64,000 nt of DNA from Epithemia pelagica (lineage: Eukaryota; Protista; Bacillariophyta), in NCBI GenBank assembly GCA_946965045.2, contig OX337235.1, positions 1,736,001-1,800,000 of the forward strand. Direction: 5' to 3'. Below are positions 23,537 through 33,800 of this stretch, in pieces (within the stretch, counting starts at the first letter, position 1; each line of letters begins with the position of its first letter). The notes below the pieces were generated by a model. It did not search any database and was not told the DNA's origin. It worked only from the letters and a program-made list of their open reading frames with translations. The position numbers and the translations under genes were made by a program.

Positions 23537-23593
23537 CATCTAATCCAGTCCAGACTGTCATCTAATCCAATCCAGACTGTCATCTAATCCAAT
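23537..23593 (+). repeat. 22-bp tandem repeat, about 2.6 copies
   Basis: CATCTAATCCA[G/A]TCCAGACTGT repeated in tandem. Confidence 0.85.
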
Positions 23594-23674
23594 GGTCACG
23601 GAACCGATTGGTCTGCTCACAGACAAAACACCACAAGACATGTTACCGAAACACACAGTACTGCAATGTGCCTC

Positions 23675-24994
23675 TCACCCCCTCTTTGCCGCTGAAGAAG
23701 CAGATTCCAAATCATGGAGGCTTGGTTTTGTCCCCAAAGGCCGTTTCTTGTTTCCAATGTGGTCCATCCAACGAGCCCAATTGATCTGTAGATCAAACTG
23801 TTGATCAAGAATGCTCAGCACATGGAACCAATACTGTGCAGGACTGGAAGCGTCAAAACGATTCGAAATATCTGAGGGGAGCATGCCGCGTTCCCAGATT
23901 TTTTTGTTATGTTCATAGTCGGAGTAGGGTACAGTGGTACCTTCCTTACTATGAAAACGAATAGGGACATGACGGCGACATGATTGCAGCTGCAAAGGAT
24001 GGCTGGAGGTTCGATTCACAAGCACGGGTTGATCCACGAGAACACCGTCCGTGAAACTGTTGTCTTTCCAAGTTTCTACCATTGGTCCAACAGCGATGGT
24101 GACATTCCGCTTCACATATTTGACCCAGTGATACAAGAGTCCTTGATCTGCTGGTCCACCGTGAAAATCCCAGTGTCGCCCTTTCTCATGCCACCACGGC
24201 AACGTCCTTCGAACAAACTTGCTTCCGCCATAGGCCAGTCGCTCCCAGGGGTCGTTTTCGTCGATTTCGTGTCCCCAACCCCTCTTGCCATCCCATTTGC
24301 CCCTGTCCAACGTGGGTTTCACAATCTGCGTGATGAGGGTTTCATAGTCGCCAGCAGCAGGTTCCAAGAGGAAGAAGTTTCCTGCTGCCGGTGCATCTGA
24401 ACCGGCTAACACAAAGTTGGGTTGGATTATACCAGACATCGAAGCTTCAAAGAGGTAATCCAAGTTACAAAAGGGCACAATATCAGCGTCCAAGAAGAGA
24501 ACTCGTTTATATTGAGTCATTTGCAGGATCTTGAATTTTTGCAACATCACACTGAAAAAAGATTGCTGTTCTTCCTGATGGTCCATCACATATTGTACCT
24601 TGATGCCCATACTTGATTCCAACAGGCTTGTCCATTTGGGGAGGAGCTTCATGGAGGGTTTTCGAGGTTGAATCAACAATACAATGTCAGCTTGACTTCC
24701 AGTACTTCGAAGGGTAAACGCGGCAACCAAAATATTGTAAAGATACCCCAGAAAAGGTGTCATATTGTTGGGATCCAATCCTCCCAACAGGAACACATAG
24801 GCAAACCGAGAAGTGGCATCATTCGATGGAAGCACGAATGGAGGATCGGATGGTATCGTTGGGGGGTGGAAGTTGGAAAGTGAAGTCAAGACCCAATGGA
24901 TCGTTGTCAGCACCATTAACAACAGAGCAACGGGACGCACATATTGATTTCGGATCAAGCTTCCTGCCCTTTTTCTTCGAGTGAGAGGGGTCAT
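23675..24994 (-). CDS. Glycosyltransferase family 8-like type II membrane protein
   Basis: N-terminal TM (VALLLMVLTTIHWVL); YKRVLFLDADIV DxD motif; ADQGLL motif. ATG at 24994. Confidence 0.75.
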   Translation of the reverse strand: MTPLTRRKRAGSLIRNQYVRPVALLLMVLTTIHWVLTSLSNFHPPTIPSDPPFVLPSNDATSRFAYVFLLGGLDPNNMTPFLGYLYNILVAAFTLRSTGSQADIVLLIQPRKPSMKLLPKWTSLLESSMGIKVQYVMDHQEEQQSFFSVMLQKFKILQMTQYKRVLFLDADIVPFCNLDYLFEASMSGIIQPNFVLAGSDAPAAGNFFLLEPAAGDYETLITQIVKPTLDRGKWDGKRGWGHEIDENDPWERLAYGGSKFVRRTLPWWHEKGRHWDFHGGPADQGLLYHWVKYVKRNVTIAVGPMVETWKDNSFTDGVLVDQPVLVNRTSSHPLQLQSCRRHVPIRFHSKEGTTVPYSDYEHNKKIWERGMLPSDISNRFDASSPAQYWFHVLSILDQQFDLQINWARWMDHIGNKKRPLGTKPSLHDLESASSAAKRG

Positions 24995-25912
24995 TGTCGT
25001 CGTCGCATCAAAATGAGAAGCAAAAGTTCCGTCGAGTAAAGGTGTCTTCAGAATTAGTATGCTCACCGTTAGTGACCATGTGCAACAAACAACAACGCAC
25101 CATGTTGAAAGCGTTCCAGCTTCCGTTGAAACGAAGAAGCTGACTATAGGACTCGAAAGTACTTCCACTTACCCCGCACTTAAAGATAACAAAATTTTAA
25201 TTTTCAATTTGACCCTTGCCCATCATCACAGACAGTCATGAAGTCAGTACAAGATCTTTGCTTGGGACTATCCGGCTAACCTTTTCTTCCCCCCATTGAA
25301 GTGCATGCGCGTTAAATCATTGCTTCACTCCCTATCGGAAGAAGCCTGACTGCTGGACTAAAAACTTAAAATCTCTCGTGCGGATTTTTTAGCTGAAGAA
25401 GAGTATTATTTTTCCCCAACAGTCTGAGGTGGCCTCTCTGGGCATATGCTGCGGGCGGGCCGCCGGCCGCCCCGACATCATACATCTAATCGAAGTCTGC
25501 AATAAGCCCTCGCTCCTTGCTGTCGCTGTCGCCCTTGTTCTTGTTCGTGTTCGCCATTCGCCGTCCGAAATGGAACATCGCGAAATTGTCCGCAACGTCG
25601 ACAAGATGACACTCGTAGCAGTGGCTCGTAACAGGTAGAACTGTAGCTTAAACTGTTGACCTCTATAGATACAATCAATTAGCATCCAAATAGACAACTA
25701 GAACATTCATTAGCAACCGAATCAGATTCAGTCGCAGAACTAGTAGCTACAGAGTTTAAAAATTTGTCCAAGACCCAAGACATAGAGTTGGTGTGAGCGA
25801 CTCGGGGATCAGCACATAAAGAAGACAGAATCATTGCTAAGAAGGCTCAAGCTAAAAATTCAAACCGGGATATTAAATGGTCATGGATCAGTCCTACTTA
25901 CTACGTGCTCTA

Positions 25913-26202
25913 CCGTTTAGCTCTGATCTGCCGATTAGCTCCGATCTGCCGTTTAGCTCTGATCTGCCGATTAGCTCCGATCTGCCGTTTAGCGCCTTTC
26001 TGCCGCTTAGCGCCTTTCTGCCGTTTAGCGCCTCCTAGTACAAAATCCTACGTGTTTTCTCGTAGCTACTTCCGTGTAGCGCCTTTCTTCCGTTTAGCTC
26101 CGATCTGCCGCTCAGCTCCGATCTGCCGCTTAGCTCCGATCTGCCGCTTAGCTCCGATCTGCCGCTTAGCTCCGATCTGCCGCTTAGCTCCAATCTGCCG
26201 TT
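25913..26202 (+). repeat. 18-bp minisatellite in two blocks of about 7 units each
   Basis: Unit CCG(C/T)TTAGCTCCGATCTG; blocks at about 25913-26033 and 26072-26202. It produces the spurious LAPICR ORF. Confidence 0.9.
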
Positions 26203-26499
26203 TTGAGTTTTCAGCTTATCCTCATTATTTGGCTAGCTTCATCGTAGCTAATCCTATGTTGTGTGTGTGTCGTTTGTCTCCATCTCATTTTTTCATTCTA
26301 TCAGTGCATTGGTTTGTTGTGTCAAATAGCAGGGACACCCGGAAAATCTTCACACGCGACCAATCAAACAAAATTGTAGAAATTTCCTATTACAGTAGAA
26401 CGATCTTAAGTAATCTTGGAGAAAATCTAACGGACGCGCATGCATGGATTTGAAGTAATCTACTTAAGGATTTTGCGCGCACGCATAGCTCTACGAAAA

Positions 26500-26670
26500 T
26501 TCACATCAGATGCGAATTTTCACATGAGATGTGAATTCTCACATGAGAGGTGCGATTTTTCACGTGAAGAATCGCACCTCTCATGTGAAAATTCACATCT
26601 CATGTGAATTCACATCTTCTTCACATCCTCTTCAAATCATCTTCACATCCTCTTCACATCGTCTAACATC
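26500..26670. repeat. Left subterminal TTCACAT array containing a 90-bp palindrome
   Basis: Many TTCACAT/ATGTGAA units; 26519-26608 is self-complementary with two mismatched pairs and is centred on CACGTG. Confidence 0.85.
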
Positions 26671-26839
26671 ATGTTCGAATGGCCTTCTTGTCTTATAGAT
26701 CGTGGAACAAGAAGCATAATCAATTGATGTTACTTCGTTTAGGCACTAGTGTAGATTTTCATCATCCCATCGTCTTGTCGTCTTCTTATCCTCTCGTCTT
26801 GTCGTCTTGTCGTCCTCTGCTCGTCTTGGCAGGCTCCTG

Positions 26840-26945
26840 GTGGTCGAACTTCTTGTGGGAGTAATGGGATCTTGCACGCTGCGATGGCTCCTTCGATTTA
26901 CAATGGACGCCATCGATGGAGATGACACACATGGGGATCGGTTCT
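26840..26945 (-). pseudogene. Relic fragment of a second DDE_Tnp_4/Harbinger transposase
   Basis: MCVISIDGVHCKSKEPSQRARSHYSHKKF aligns with FAISVDGVDCKINEPKHP...KYYSHKF of the intact transposase at 27905-28837. Confidence 0.6.
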
Positions 26946-27191
26946 TCTTCTTGGTTCACCATTTGATTGTTTGTGTGGTGGTCGATGAACAAAAGTAGAG
27001 GTGCGGCACTCGTTTCCGTGTGCACGCGCGTTTGGCAACAAACGAAAAAACACGATACAAGCCACGATTCTCAATCTTGCTACAATAGACAAAGGAAATA
27101 CAAAGATATAAACGATTCTCGTTATTCGTCTTATACGCACACTACTTTAGGCAGGTTGGAATAATAGCATCAACCGCAACAGAAATGGACC

Positions 27192-27611
27192 TCAGTTGTC
27201 GAGGGGGTCTTCAACGTGCCTGGGTTTCTTGGTTTGCTGCTTTCGAATGGCTTCAGTCAGCATGTCTTCGAACCTTTTTGCCATTGGCTTGGCATCGTGG
27301 ATGTTGCATTTGGCCAGCTCAATGCACAGAACATGCATCTGGCTGGCAATGTCCGGATGCTGGTCCAAAACTGCCGTCTCATAGGTGAAATCGTCGTCTT
27401 CTTTCCACTCGCTGATGCTGTCCTTGTTGACCTGGGTGCGAATCAGCATAGCCTCTGGCTGACTGACCAACACCCACACCTTGACTTCAGTTTTCTTCCC
27501 TTCAACGTCGTACCATCCATGCCCACCCTTGTACGTTCCTTTCAGGAACCGAATACGCTCTCCTTTTCGGTCCTCCCATGCCTGGGTCAGTGCAAAAGGC
27601 TTCGGTGCCAT
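27192..27611 (-). CDS. Small accessory protein of the PHIS element with a KOW-like N-terminus
   Basis: 139-aa ORF inside the TIRs, divergent from the transposase; GERIRFLKGTYKGGHGWY resembles a KOW motif. Confidence 0.55.
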   Translation of the reverse strand: MAPKPFALTQAWEDRKGERIRFLKGTYKGGHGWYDVEGKKTEVKVWVLVSQPEAMLIRTQVNKDSISEWKEDDDFTYETAVLDQHPDIASQMHVLCIELAKCNIHDAKPMAKRFEDMLTEAIRKQQTKKPRHVEDPLDN

Positions 27612-27904
27612 CGTTCGTTTGGTTGCTGGTTGTTGTTGCTGGCTTGTTGTTGTTGCTAGCTGGTTGCTGCTGGCGGTCTGATTGCTGCTGCTGTTGTTGT
27701 ATTGGATGTCGTTCTCGCGTCAATTTGTCTGGTTGCTGCGTACTCCCACGCATTGACATCCTGCTCAATAATATGAGAACACGAGAATTTTTTGGCGAGA
27801 GTAGGATTTCTGTGGGGGAGTGCGCCATCGGAAAACCCTCACAAAACACAGAAGAGAAAGCATTCTCGTTATCAAGCAAAGCAGAGCGCAACCAGTCAGG
27901 TACG

Positions 27905-28837
27905 ATGATCATCTTAACACCTAATGAGATTGCCCGTGAAGGCCTAGAGCTCTGTAGTGTTGTGCATGGCATCGAGTGTAGCTTAGCACAGATCTACAAG
28001 GATTTTCGATCTCTCTATGGGTCTGACCCACTCACCGTGGCTAACATATGGTATGATATGAATACCACTGCTATTCCTGAAGCTTCTCTTTCTGAGAAAG
28101 AGAAGCTTCATGGACTAAAGATGTTTATGCTTGCGATGTACTTTTTGTGGAACTATCCACGGAACACAACAACCCTGGCACGTACATTCAAGGTGAATGA
28201 GAAGTATGCCTCGGGGAGAGCACTATGGAAGTGGATCGCTCGGATCCAGGCTCTAAAAGGTACAAAAATTGTTTGGGAGAAGAACTGTGCTCTCGATCGT
28301 GACGACAGGCCGCTCCCGAAATTTGCGATATCTGTTGACGGGGTTGATTGTAAAATCAATGAGCCAAAGCATCCGACAAAGCCTGTCGATCGCAAGTACT
28401 ACTCACACAAGTTCAACCACGGAGCGTTGAAGTATGAGCTTGCGATCGACATCTTCAAGCCCAAACTGGTGTGGATAAACGGCCCGTTTCAAGCGTCGAA
28501 ACACGACATTACTGTGTTTCGAGACCACGGACTCTTGGAGAAAATGAAAACCGACCATCCGGGAAGATTTGTGGTGGCTGATCGAGGATACCAGACGAGT
28601 CGTCCGGACGAGATTGGAATTATGAGCACCCCAAATGACATGGACCCCAAGTTGCTGAAGAACTTCAAGACTCATGTTTGCCAGAGGCATGAGAGCTTCA
28701 ACGGACGAATCAAGTTCTTCAAATGCCTCAGTGAGACATTCCGCCATACCCAGGAGAAACACAAAATCGCTTTCGAAGCGGTTTGCGTCATTGTCCAGTA
28801 TCAGATGGACAATGGAGCACCAATCTTTGACGCTTAG
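27905..28837 (+). CDS. PIF/Harbinger-type DDE transposase (DDE_Tnp_4), about 310 aa
   Basis: AISVDGVD, YYSHKF, WINGPF, HDITVF, VADRGY and RHESFNGRIK motifs. ATG 27905 chosen because the upstream in-frame part overlaps the antisense gene. Confidence 0.85.
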   Translation: MIILTPNEIAREGLELCSVVHGIECSLAQIYKDFRSLYGSDPLTVANIWYDMNTTAIPEASLSEKEKLHGLKMFMLAMYFLWNYPRNTTTLARTFKVNEKYASGRALWKWIARIQALKGTKIVWEKNCALDRDDRPLPKFAISVDGVDCKINEPKHPTKPVDRKYYSHKFNHGALKYELAIDIFKPKLVWINGPFQASKHDITVFRDHGLLEKMKTDHPGRFVVADRGYQTSRPDEIGIMSTPNDMDPKLLKNFKTHVCQRHESFNGRIKFFKCLSETFRHTQEKHKIAFEAVCVIVQYQMDNGAPIFDA

Positions 28838-28888
28838 ACGTATTGGAAGTTTGACCACTGCATAATAATTGATAATTGATATTAGTAC

Positions 28889-29671
28889 TGTTAGAATTCT
28901 CACCGTCTATGGTGGTTAGATTCTACATCTCATCGATTCCTCATGTCACATAGCCTCGTGCTATCGCATCATGCCATCTAGCTTCGAGCTATGTTCCCTA
29001 GCTTCGCGCTATATCGACCTATATTTCTTCGCAAATCATGAAAAGTGAGAATAGATTGACGAACTCACTCTCAAGACTAAACTGGGTCGTGCGGTATTAC
29101 AACGGACGTAAATTTGGCCGTTGCTCGGACATTATACTAACGCCCTAAGCGTACGCGCCCGAAATCATCGAGCGCGCCCAAGCGACATCCGAGCGCTGTC
29201 GGCATCTATCCGACCCAACGGTCTAAGTATCCCAAGCACGACACACGATCACGCGAGACCATATTTCCATTCCCACAATCTCCAAATTGTCAACAAGCTG
29301 CGCGCCATGAAAACAACTATGCCAACCCAAAGCAAGAGCTGTTGACCCTGTATATGTTATCCACCCACATATACATGTCATATACATCACATGAATCGAC
29401 TCCAACTATTCCAAACCTGTTGCCGCCAAGAACCTATGACACATGACCCTTGGCAGGACCGAACATTTCACGTAGACCTATCGTAGTAATCAACACACAA
29501 TCTAACAATATCACCATTTATCACATCCTCTTTTGTGTCCCGACTATCCTTCTGATAGACTTCGACTTGCTTGCTTCTCTGACCCTGAGAAGCTTGTATC
29601 GGTTGGTGACCTACCTGATTGTCTGCTCTACCGAGCATCAATGTCCCTACGATTCAGAAAGAATTGTAACA
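28889..29671 (+). repeat. 5' LTR of copia A
   Basis: TGTTAGAATTC...GAATTGTAACA; matches 36490-37272 with one difference noticed. Confidence 0.95.
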
Positions 29672-29684
29672 GATTAACAGTCTC
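29672..29684 (+). promoter_or_regulatory. Primer-binding site complementary to a tRNA-Asn(GTT) anticodon arm
   Basis: GATTAACAGTCTC abuts the LTR; its reverse complement is GAGA-CTGTTAA-TC. Identical in copia B. Confidence 0.7.
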
Positions 29685-29707
29685 AAAGCTTATTTCCTTG
29701 TGGTTTC

Positions 29708-30487
29708 ATGGATTCTAACGAGCTTATCACTCCTGTACGACAGATCTATCGAGCCAAACTGCATCCCGGGCAGCCCGATACCCTGGTGCAGCAGGAACTG
29801 GTGCCGACGCCGAAGGCAGCCAACACATCGGTCAACATCTCCGTCGACAGTTCCAACAGCAACCCATTCGAGACTCCAACCCAGCCTCACGCTCCGATCC
29901 CTGCGCCGTTGCTTCGGCCCCCGAGTCCGCCTCGTCGGCTCGTCCCTTCTCGATCCCGTCGTACCACCCGGTTGATTGCTGATCATATCAAGTACTTCCG
30001 TCAACCAACTTGTTCGACCTTCGATCCCGAGATCATCCGTGGGGAGACCCAGATCGAACACCAGTTCCAATCGGTGACCCACATCGTCGACCAAGAAGAC
30101 ATTGACCGTCTGAACGACCAACTTCACCGTTCTCCGAGGCGTCGCCTCATCTTGGCCGCCCTCTCGGGCAACCCCATCCGTACTGTCCACCTCCGCTTCC
30201 TAACCTTCGAGCGCCCAACTGGATACTACAATACCATCCACGTCGTGAACGCGACGACTTGCCCTCTGCCTCCTAACGTTGTACGCCTAGATAACTACGT
30301 TGCCTACATCCACGAGGTCCATACCATCGAGGACCATCGTGCAACTATCTACCCTTTGCGTACCGAGGTCGAGAACCACCTGGCTGAAGGTGATACCCCT
30401 TCTTCTGTTGCTTGTGCTGCCCCATCTGAGCCTGGAAACGACTCTGATCATTCGGAAGAGAGTGAGGATTCGGAGACCGAAGCTTAA
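29708..30487 (+). CDS. Extra upstream ORF (ORF0) of copia A, 259 aa, unknown function
   Basis: Homologous at protein level to 47012-47767, with many third-position changes. Confidence 0.8.
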   Translation: MDSNELITPVRQIYRAKLHPGQPDTLVQQELVPTPKAANTSVNISVDSSNSNPFETPTQPHAPIPAPLLRPPSPPRRLVPSRSRRTTRLIADHIKYFRQPTCSTFDPEIIRGETQIEHQFQSVTHIVDQEDIDRLNDQLHRSPRRRLILAALSGNPIRTVHLRFLTFERPTGYYNTIHVVNATTCPLPPNVVRLDNYVAYIHEVHTIEDHRATIYPLRTEVENHLAEGDTPSSVACAAPSEPGNDSDHSEESEDSETEA

Positions 30488-30540
30488 TTACTCATAGTTA
30501 ACTCCCGTCCTCTCAAAACCTTTCCAAGACTTAAACTCAA

Positions 30541-30833
30541 CGCACATCCGGGTACCCTTGGTCGCACAACACGCCACACATTCCCGTCAAATCGCGAAAA
30601 TTCGGCGAAAATTTGTTGAAACTCGGCGAAAATTTGTCGGAATCAACGGAAATTTCCAGGAGTCGCACATCACAACACACATCCGGGTATTACATACGTG
30701 GTACATACGTGGCACACGTGGTACATCCGGGTTCACATCACATCACACATTAAATAAACCACATCACACCGCACATTAAATAAACATCGAACCAACCAAA
30801 TAACACCATGGATCCTCAATCACCCAAGACACC
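30541..30833 (+). repeat. 293-bp leader block shared with copia B (47815-48107)
   Basis: Only two mismatches between the copies; internal CGGCGAAAATTT, ACATCCGGGT and ACATTAAATAAAC repeats. Confidence 0.9.
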
Positions 30834-33800
30834 TACGACTCCTAAGGGAGAAGATAACCAAGACAATGTCTCGGACACAGACCTATTCGACCACATCATA
30901 TTTACTGTCTGCCAATTCTTTACCAAAGAAAGGGCTGACTACTTAATGAAGTGGATGAAATACCATGGTTTTGAGAACATTACCCATGTTATCTCGTATA
31001 TGCAAACTAATACCGAGGAATCCATGAAGGAACTGACACAGTACAAGGTCAACAAACAGACACATGATCTACAAGGCCCCACAAGACAGCAGATCAAGCT
31101 CTTGGCTTATTGGGCCATATACAAGACCAATGAAATTCAAGACGAGCTATCCAATAGCGACTGGATGAACCTAACGAGGAAAGAGTTCAACACTTGGAGG
31201 ATCAACACAGATTTCTCTAAGGGACCACCTAGTCAAGTCCCAGTCTCGCCAATGAAGTCACCGTCATCTGTGAAATCTGTCAGCACAGTTACTGCCGCAT
31301 CCCAATCTCAACAAGACCTTACAGCATTCAGAAAGGGAACTAAGCGCGACGCAACTGCATATGAGGTATTCAAGGATGAACAATACTACGATTCATTCTG
31401 GCGTGTATTCAAGACTACAGCTAAGGCTCAAGGCCTATCCAACGTTCTGAATTTCAAATACACACCACCCCATGATGATGAATATGCCGAAGAACTTTTC
31501 CAAGAGCAACAAGTATTTCTTTACTCTGTTCTTGTCCGTATCATTCAGACTGACCAAGGTCGAGCCTATGTACGTGAACATGAACATGATGAAGATGCGC
31601 GTGCCGTATTGCAGAAGTTACATTCTTTGCATACCGAATCCGACCTAGCAAAGCGAGAGGTCCTCCGTTTAACCAACTACATTTCCAATCTACGTCTTGA
31701 CGACACATGGCGCGGAACAACACGTCAATTTCTTCTACACTTTCAAGAGCAGCTACGTTTGCTAGACAATCTAGTGACATTGTCTGATCGCATCCCTGAT
31801 CATACCAGGATGACCTTCCTCATGCAAGCTGTAGAAAAGGTACCTGATCTCCGCCGAGTCAAGATCTTGGATAATGTGGTGAACACCAAATCTGGTGCAA
31901 AATCCCTTTGCTATCAATCATACTTCCGTCTCCTTCTAGACGCAGCTTATGACCATGATCAAGCAACCCAGTCATCTGTTCATAGTCGCCGTCGACATGT
32001 CAAACAACATGAATCACTATATGGCCAAGATACAGATGCTGACATAACCTCACAAGATGATATGGAGTATCATGTCCACAACACCACAGCGACATCTGAA
32101 TCTCCATCCTCTTTGTCCAAGGTTAGTCTACCGCGTGACCTATGGTTCAAACTTTCTGAAGAAGATCGCAAGTTGATCATTGAGTATAACAAGATGATTC
32201 AAGCACCTTCATCAACAACACCGAGGAAAGTGCAAACACATGCCCTCGACATTGATCCGGAACCTGATCCTGACCCCAACCAAGTTGCATCTGATGACGA
32301 CTCACCTGGCGTAGTCCCTGAGCATCCAGATGACTCAGATCCGGTTACACAATTTATCAACCAAGCCATGACGGCTGATATCAATCACCCGGCAACTGAC
32401 CTGACTAGTGTTCTTTCTAACGCCAAGTCCAAGACGAGCAAGAAGGTTACTTTCAAAACCAACATGCATAAACAAGCAGGACATGTTCCACGCTATCTGT
32501 TTTCCAGGAAATCTACTTTACCAGGAAATCAATTGATTGACCGTGGTGCTAATGGAGGACTTGCGGGTTCTGACATGCGCATCCTTTCTAAGACTGGCCG
32601 CCATATCACTATTGTGGGTATTGATAACCATGAACTCACTGGACTTCCTGTCGTCACATGTGCCGCAAAGTTTGAGACCAATGACGGACCTATTGTCGGC
32701 ATCTTCAATGAATATGCTTATTATGGAAAGGGCTTATCTATCCATGCTCCTGGTCAATTCGAGCATTTCGGACTTGCTGTTGATGAACGATCTGTTAAAG
32801 TTGATGGTAAACAACGCATCACTACACTTGATGGTCGTGCCATACCCCTTCACATCAAGGATGGGTTAGCCTACATCCACTCCTTGGGTATCCCCAGCGA
32901 CAATGACATGGATACCTTACCTCAGATCATCTTCACGTCACCCGACACATGGGATCCTGGTGTTCTGGACCATTCGTATTCTCCCACACCCTCTGACAAT
33001 GATCCTGATTGGAAACACGTCAAGACTGATGGTAGTATGTCAAACCATCCATATGACAACTATGGGAAGTACACTGATCGTGTTGTTTGTAACCTCAATC
33101 TCCTTTTGGATCTCCCATATGATCATGGACCTGACGACGCACCCTTCTTTTCTATCTATGCTGACGCAGAAGGTAATGATCCTACACTTCATGCCTCTGT
33201 CCACCGTCGTTACCAGGAAGCGTATGACTGGAAGAAGTTCCGTCCATTCTTTGGTTGGCAATCTGAAGATGTTATTGCCGATACGTTCAAGCACACTACA
33301 CGTAATGGTAGCATTACTTTTGACCACGACACCCTCAAGAAACATTTCAAGGCTCGCAATCCGGTCCTTAATATACCTCGACGTCATGAACCCGTTGCTA
33401 CTGACTCGGTTTTCTCCGACACCCCTGCTGTTGACCATGGCGGTAAAGTCGCACAAATCTTTGTTGGTCGAGATACTCTGGTTACTGATATCTATGGGAT
33501 CAAGTCAACCAAACAGTTTGTCAATACTCTCCAGGATAACATCCGGTTTCGTGGTGCCATGGAGACCCTTATCAGTGATGGTGGTTCATCTCTCATCTCT
33601 CAAAAGGTCAAAGACATTCTTCGCACTTTGCTTATTGGGGAGTATCGATCTGAACCTTATCATCAACACCAGAATAAGGCTGAAAACCGTTATCAGACCG
33701 TTAAACGTATGACCAACGCTCTCATGAATGCCACTGGTTGCCCTGCCAACACCTGGCTTCTTTGCCTTGAGTATGTCTGTGACTTATTGAACCATACGTC

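Noticed and set aside
25913-26202. CRISPR-like array
   Set aside because: The units are directly tandem with no unique spacers, there are no cas genes, and the context is eukaryotic.
25905-26453. 182-aa LAPICR-repeat ORF
   Set aside because: Translation of an 18-bp minisatellite that runs across a transposon boundary; it starts on a non-ATG codon.
27578-27904. Cys-rich N-terminal extension of the Harbinger transposase
   Set aside because: It is the antisense of (CAA/CAG)n low-complexity DNA and overlaps the divergent gene; ATG 27905 is more plausible.
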